Positions 62,364-64,000 of a DNA stretch of 64,000 nucleotides are shown here, one piece after another. The notes beneath the pieces were generated by a model. It made no database searches, was not told where the DNA came from, and saw nothing but the letters and a program-made list of their open reading frames with translations. The stretch spans positions 320,001 through 384,000 of the forward strand of contig CAWIPH010000001.1 of assembly GCA_963837955.1 (NCBI GenBank). The letters are read 5' to 3'. The stretch's first letter is position 1, and every line of letters begins with the position of its first letter. Source of the stretch: an uncultured Verrucomicrobiae bacterium (lineage in GTDB: Bacteria; Verrucomicrobiota; Verrucomicrobiia; Chthoniobacterales; JAFAMB01). The translations under genes and the position numbers were made by a program.

Positions 62364-63723
62364 GGAGCCTTGCGTCCCACGCTTCTAATTCAACCGCAAC
62401 ATTTTTCGGTGAAGGAGCACCCACCGCGGTTCGACTCTGAAGGGCGTGATCCAGATTCAGTACCTTGAAGACATCCTCGGCAAAGCTATCGCTGAACTGT
62501 TGGTATTCCGATAATGTCAGTTCCGTAAAAGGCCGCTGGTGTTGGATCGAGAAAGCCACCAGCTTGCCGATGATTTCATGGGCTTGCCGAAACGGAATAC
62601 CGCGCTTGACCAGATAATCCGCCAAATCGGTAGCTAACAAGCCGGGATCACTCGCAGCGCTGAGCATGCGTTCAGAGTCGATCTCAATCTCCCGGATCAT
62701 GCCAGCGAAGACCTCGAGTGCGTTCGAGACTTGGTCCAGGGAATCAAAAACTGCCTCTTTGTCTTCCTGTAGATCACGATTATAAGTCATCGGTAATCCC
62801 TTCAAATTTGTGAGCAGAGCGACCAGGTTGCCGATCAATCTTCCTGATTTCCCGCGAGTCAGTTCGCACACGTCGGGATTCTTCTTTTGCGGCATCAGGC
62901 TTGAACCGGTGCTATACGCATCGCTGATTCGGAGAAAACGGAATTCGGCGGATGCGAAGAGAATCAGATCCTCGCTTAACCGCGACAAATGAACCCCGAT
63001 CAGGGAAAGCACAAAAAGAAATTCGGCTACGAAATCGCGGTCACTGACCGCATCCATACTGTTGTGGGTTATTTCCGGAAAATCGAGTAGTTCCGCAATG
63101 TAGGCTCGGTCGAGTTCAATCGTGGAACCGGCAATAGCGCCGGAACCGAGAGGCATCCGGTTAATTCGCCTTCGCGCATCCCGGAGCCGTTCTCTATCGC
63201 GTTCGAGCATCTCTACATATGCGAGCAGATGATGGGCGAAAAGAACCGGCTGAGCGCGCTGCAGATGTGTGTACCCGGGCAGAATTGCCGAGGTATTTTT
63301 CTTGGCAAGTTCCACGAGAGCGCGCTGCAACTCGCGGGTGTGCACGTCAACGACATCCGATTCGTGTCGCAAATAGAGGCGCAGATCCAGAGCGACCTGA
63401 TCGTTGCGGCTTCGCGCTGTATGAAGCTTTGCTCCGGCCGGCCCGATGCGCTCGGTCAGGGCCGCCTCGATATTCATGTGGACGTCTTCCAGCTCGATGC
63501 GGAAAGAAAACTTCCCTTCGGAAATCTCCGCTTCAATTTGGCAAAGGCCATTCTCGATTTGGTTAAGCTCCTCGGTAGTCAGAATCCCGGCTCTGGCGAG
63601 CGCCTTGGCATGAGCGATCGAGCCTAAAATATCAAATCGATAAAGTCGCCAATCGAAAGAAATCGACTCCGAGAATCGCTGCAAAGCAGGCGCTGTCTCC
63701 TGCTGAAACCTTCCTTTCCACAT
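62356..63723 (-). CDS. argH: Argininosuccinate lyase
   Basis: MWKGRF, HTARSRNDQ, YTHLQRAQ, GSSLMPQKKNPD. Confidence 0.98.
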   Translation of the reverse strand: MWKGRFQQETAPALQRFSESISFDWRLYRFDILGSIAHAKALARAGILTTEELNQIENGLCQIEAEISEGKFSFRIELEDVHMNIEAALTERIGPAGAKLHTARSRNDQVALDLRLYLRHESDVVDVHTRELQRALVELAKKNTSAILPGYTHLQRAQPVLFAHHLLAYVEMLERDRERLRDARRRINRMPLGSGAIAGSTIELDRAYIAELLDFPEITHNSMDAVSDRDFVAEFLFVLSLIGVHLSRLSEDLILFASAEFRFLRISDAYSTGSSLMPQKKNPDVCELTRGKSGRLIGNLVALLTNLKGLPMTYNRDLQEDKEAVFDSLDQVSNALEVFAGMIREIEIDSERMLSAASDPGLLATDLADYLVKRGIPFRQAHEIIGKLVAFSIQHQRPFTELTLSEYQQFSDSFAEDVFKVLNLDHALQSRTAVGAPSPKNVAVELEAWDARLRD

Positions 63724-63786
63724 TGCGGAAGGAATCTGCCGGAGAGGAGACTAGAAGCAAGAGCGGATATGGCCTCAACACGGATT

Positions 63787-63953
63787 AGGTAGGGCGAAAG
63801 CCTGATCCCGTCTCAGCGGGATCGGCTTGAGCCGGTTCTGGTTTCGCCAAGGATATTGCAATAGAAATCGATGCCGCGCGCGGCTCAAACCCGGCGCGAT
63901 CCACTCGAACGACAGGCAAACGTTTCCAGCGCGCCGAGGTTTTCGCCCTACCT
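63787..63953. repeat. GTAG-type REP doublet
   Basis: AGGTAGGGCGAAA..TGAGCC...GGCTCA..TTTCGCCCTACCT. Confidence 0.75.
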
Positions 63954-64000
63954 AATCGGCATTCCCGCCTCAATCCCGGCGCAACACAATCTTCCCAAAA

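Overview
Chromosomal window from a bacterium that is probably a soil Verrucomicrobiota (Chthoniobacterales-like). The taxonomy is an inference from gene content and repeat style. The coding content is mostly housekeeping: sucC/sucD/gltA, riboflavin synthase, trxB, two Hsp20 genes, recA, alaS, tRNA-Val(GAC), a MarR-RND efflux locus, mnmG, the pdhABC-lpdA operon, a two-component system, dGTPase, a Gld-type ABC operon, miaB, tatC and argH. Intergenic spaces are dense with REP/MITE-like palindromes and 7/9-mer tracts. The most notable feature is an intact IS110-family element (29134-30888) inserted at a CT core inside a REP palindrome. Its upstream non-coding end contains two structurally parallel modules, one carrying an 8-nt copy of the target flank and one an 8-nt copy of the donor end, as expected of a bridge RNA. 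About 7.5 kb away, a 63-bp gene-less element (21664-21726) has the same ends and matches both guides 8/8, so it is a candidate non-autonomous mini-donor. Two parS palindromes (one inside mnmG) suggest the window is near the origin. The first ~9 kb carries several single-base frameshifts that are probably sequencing errors.
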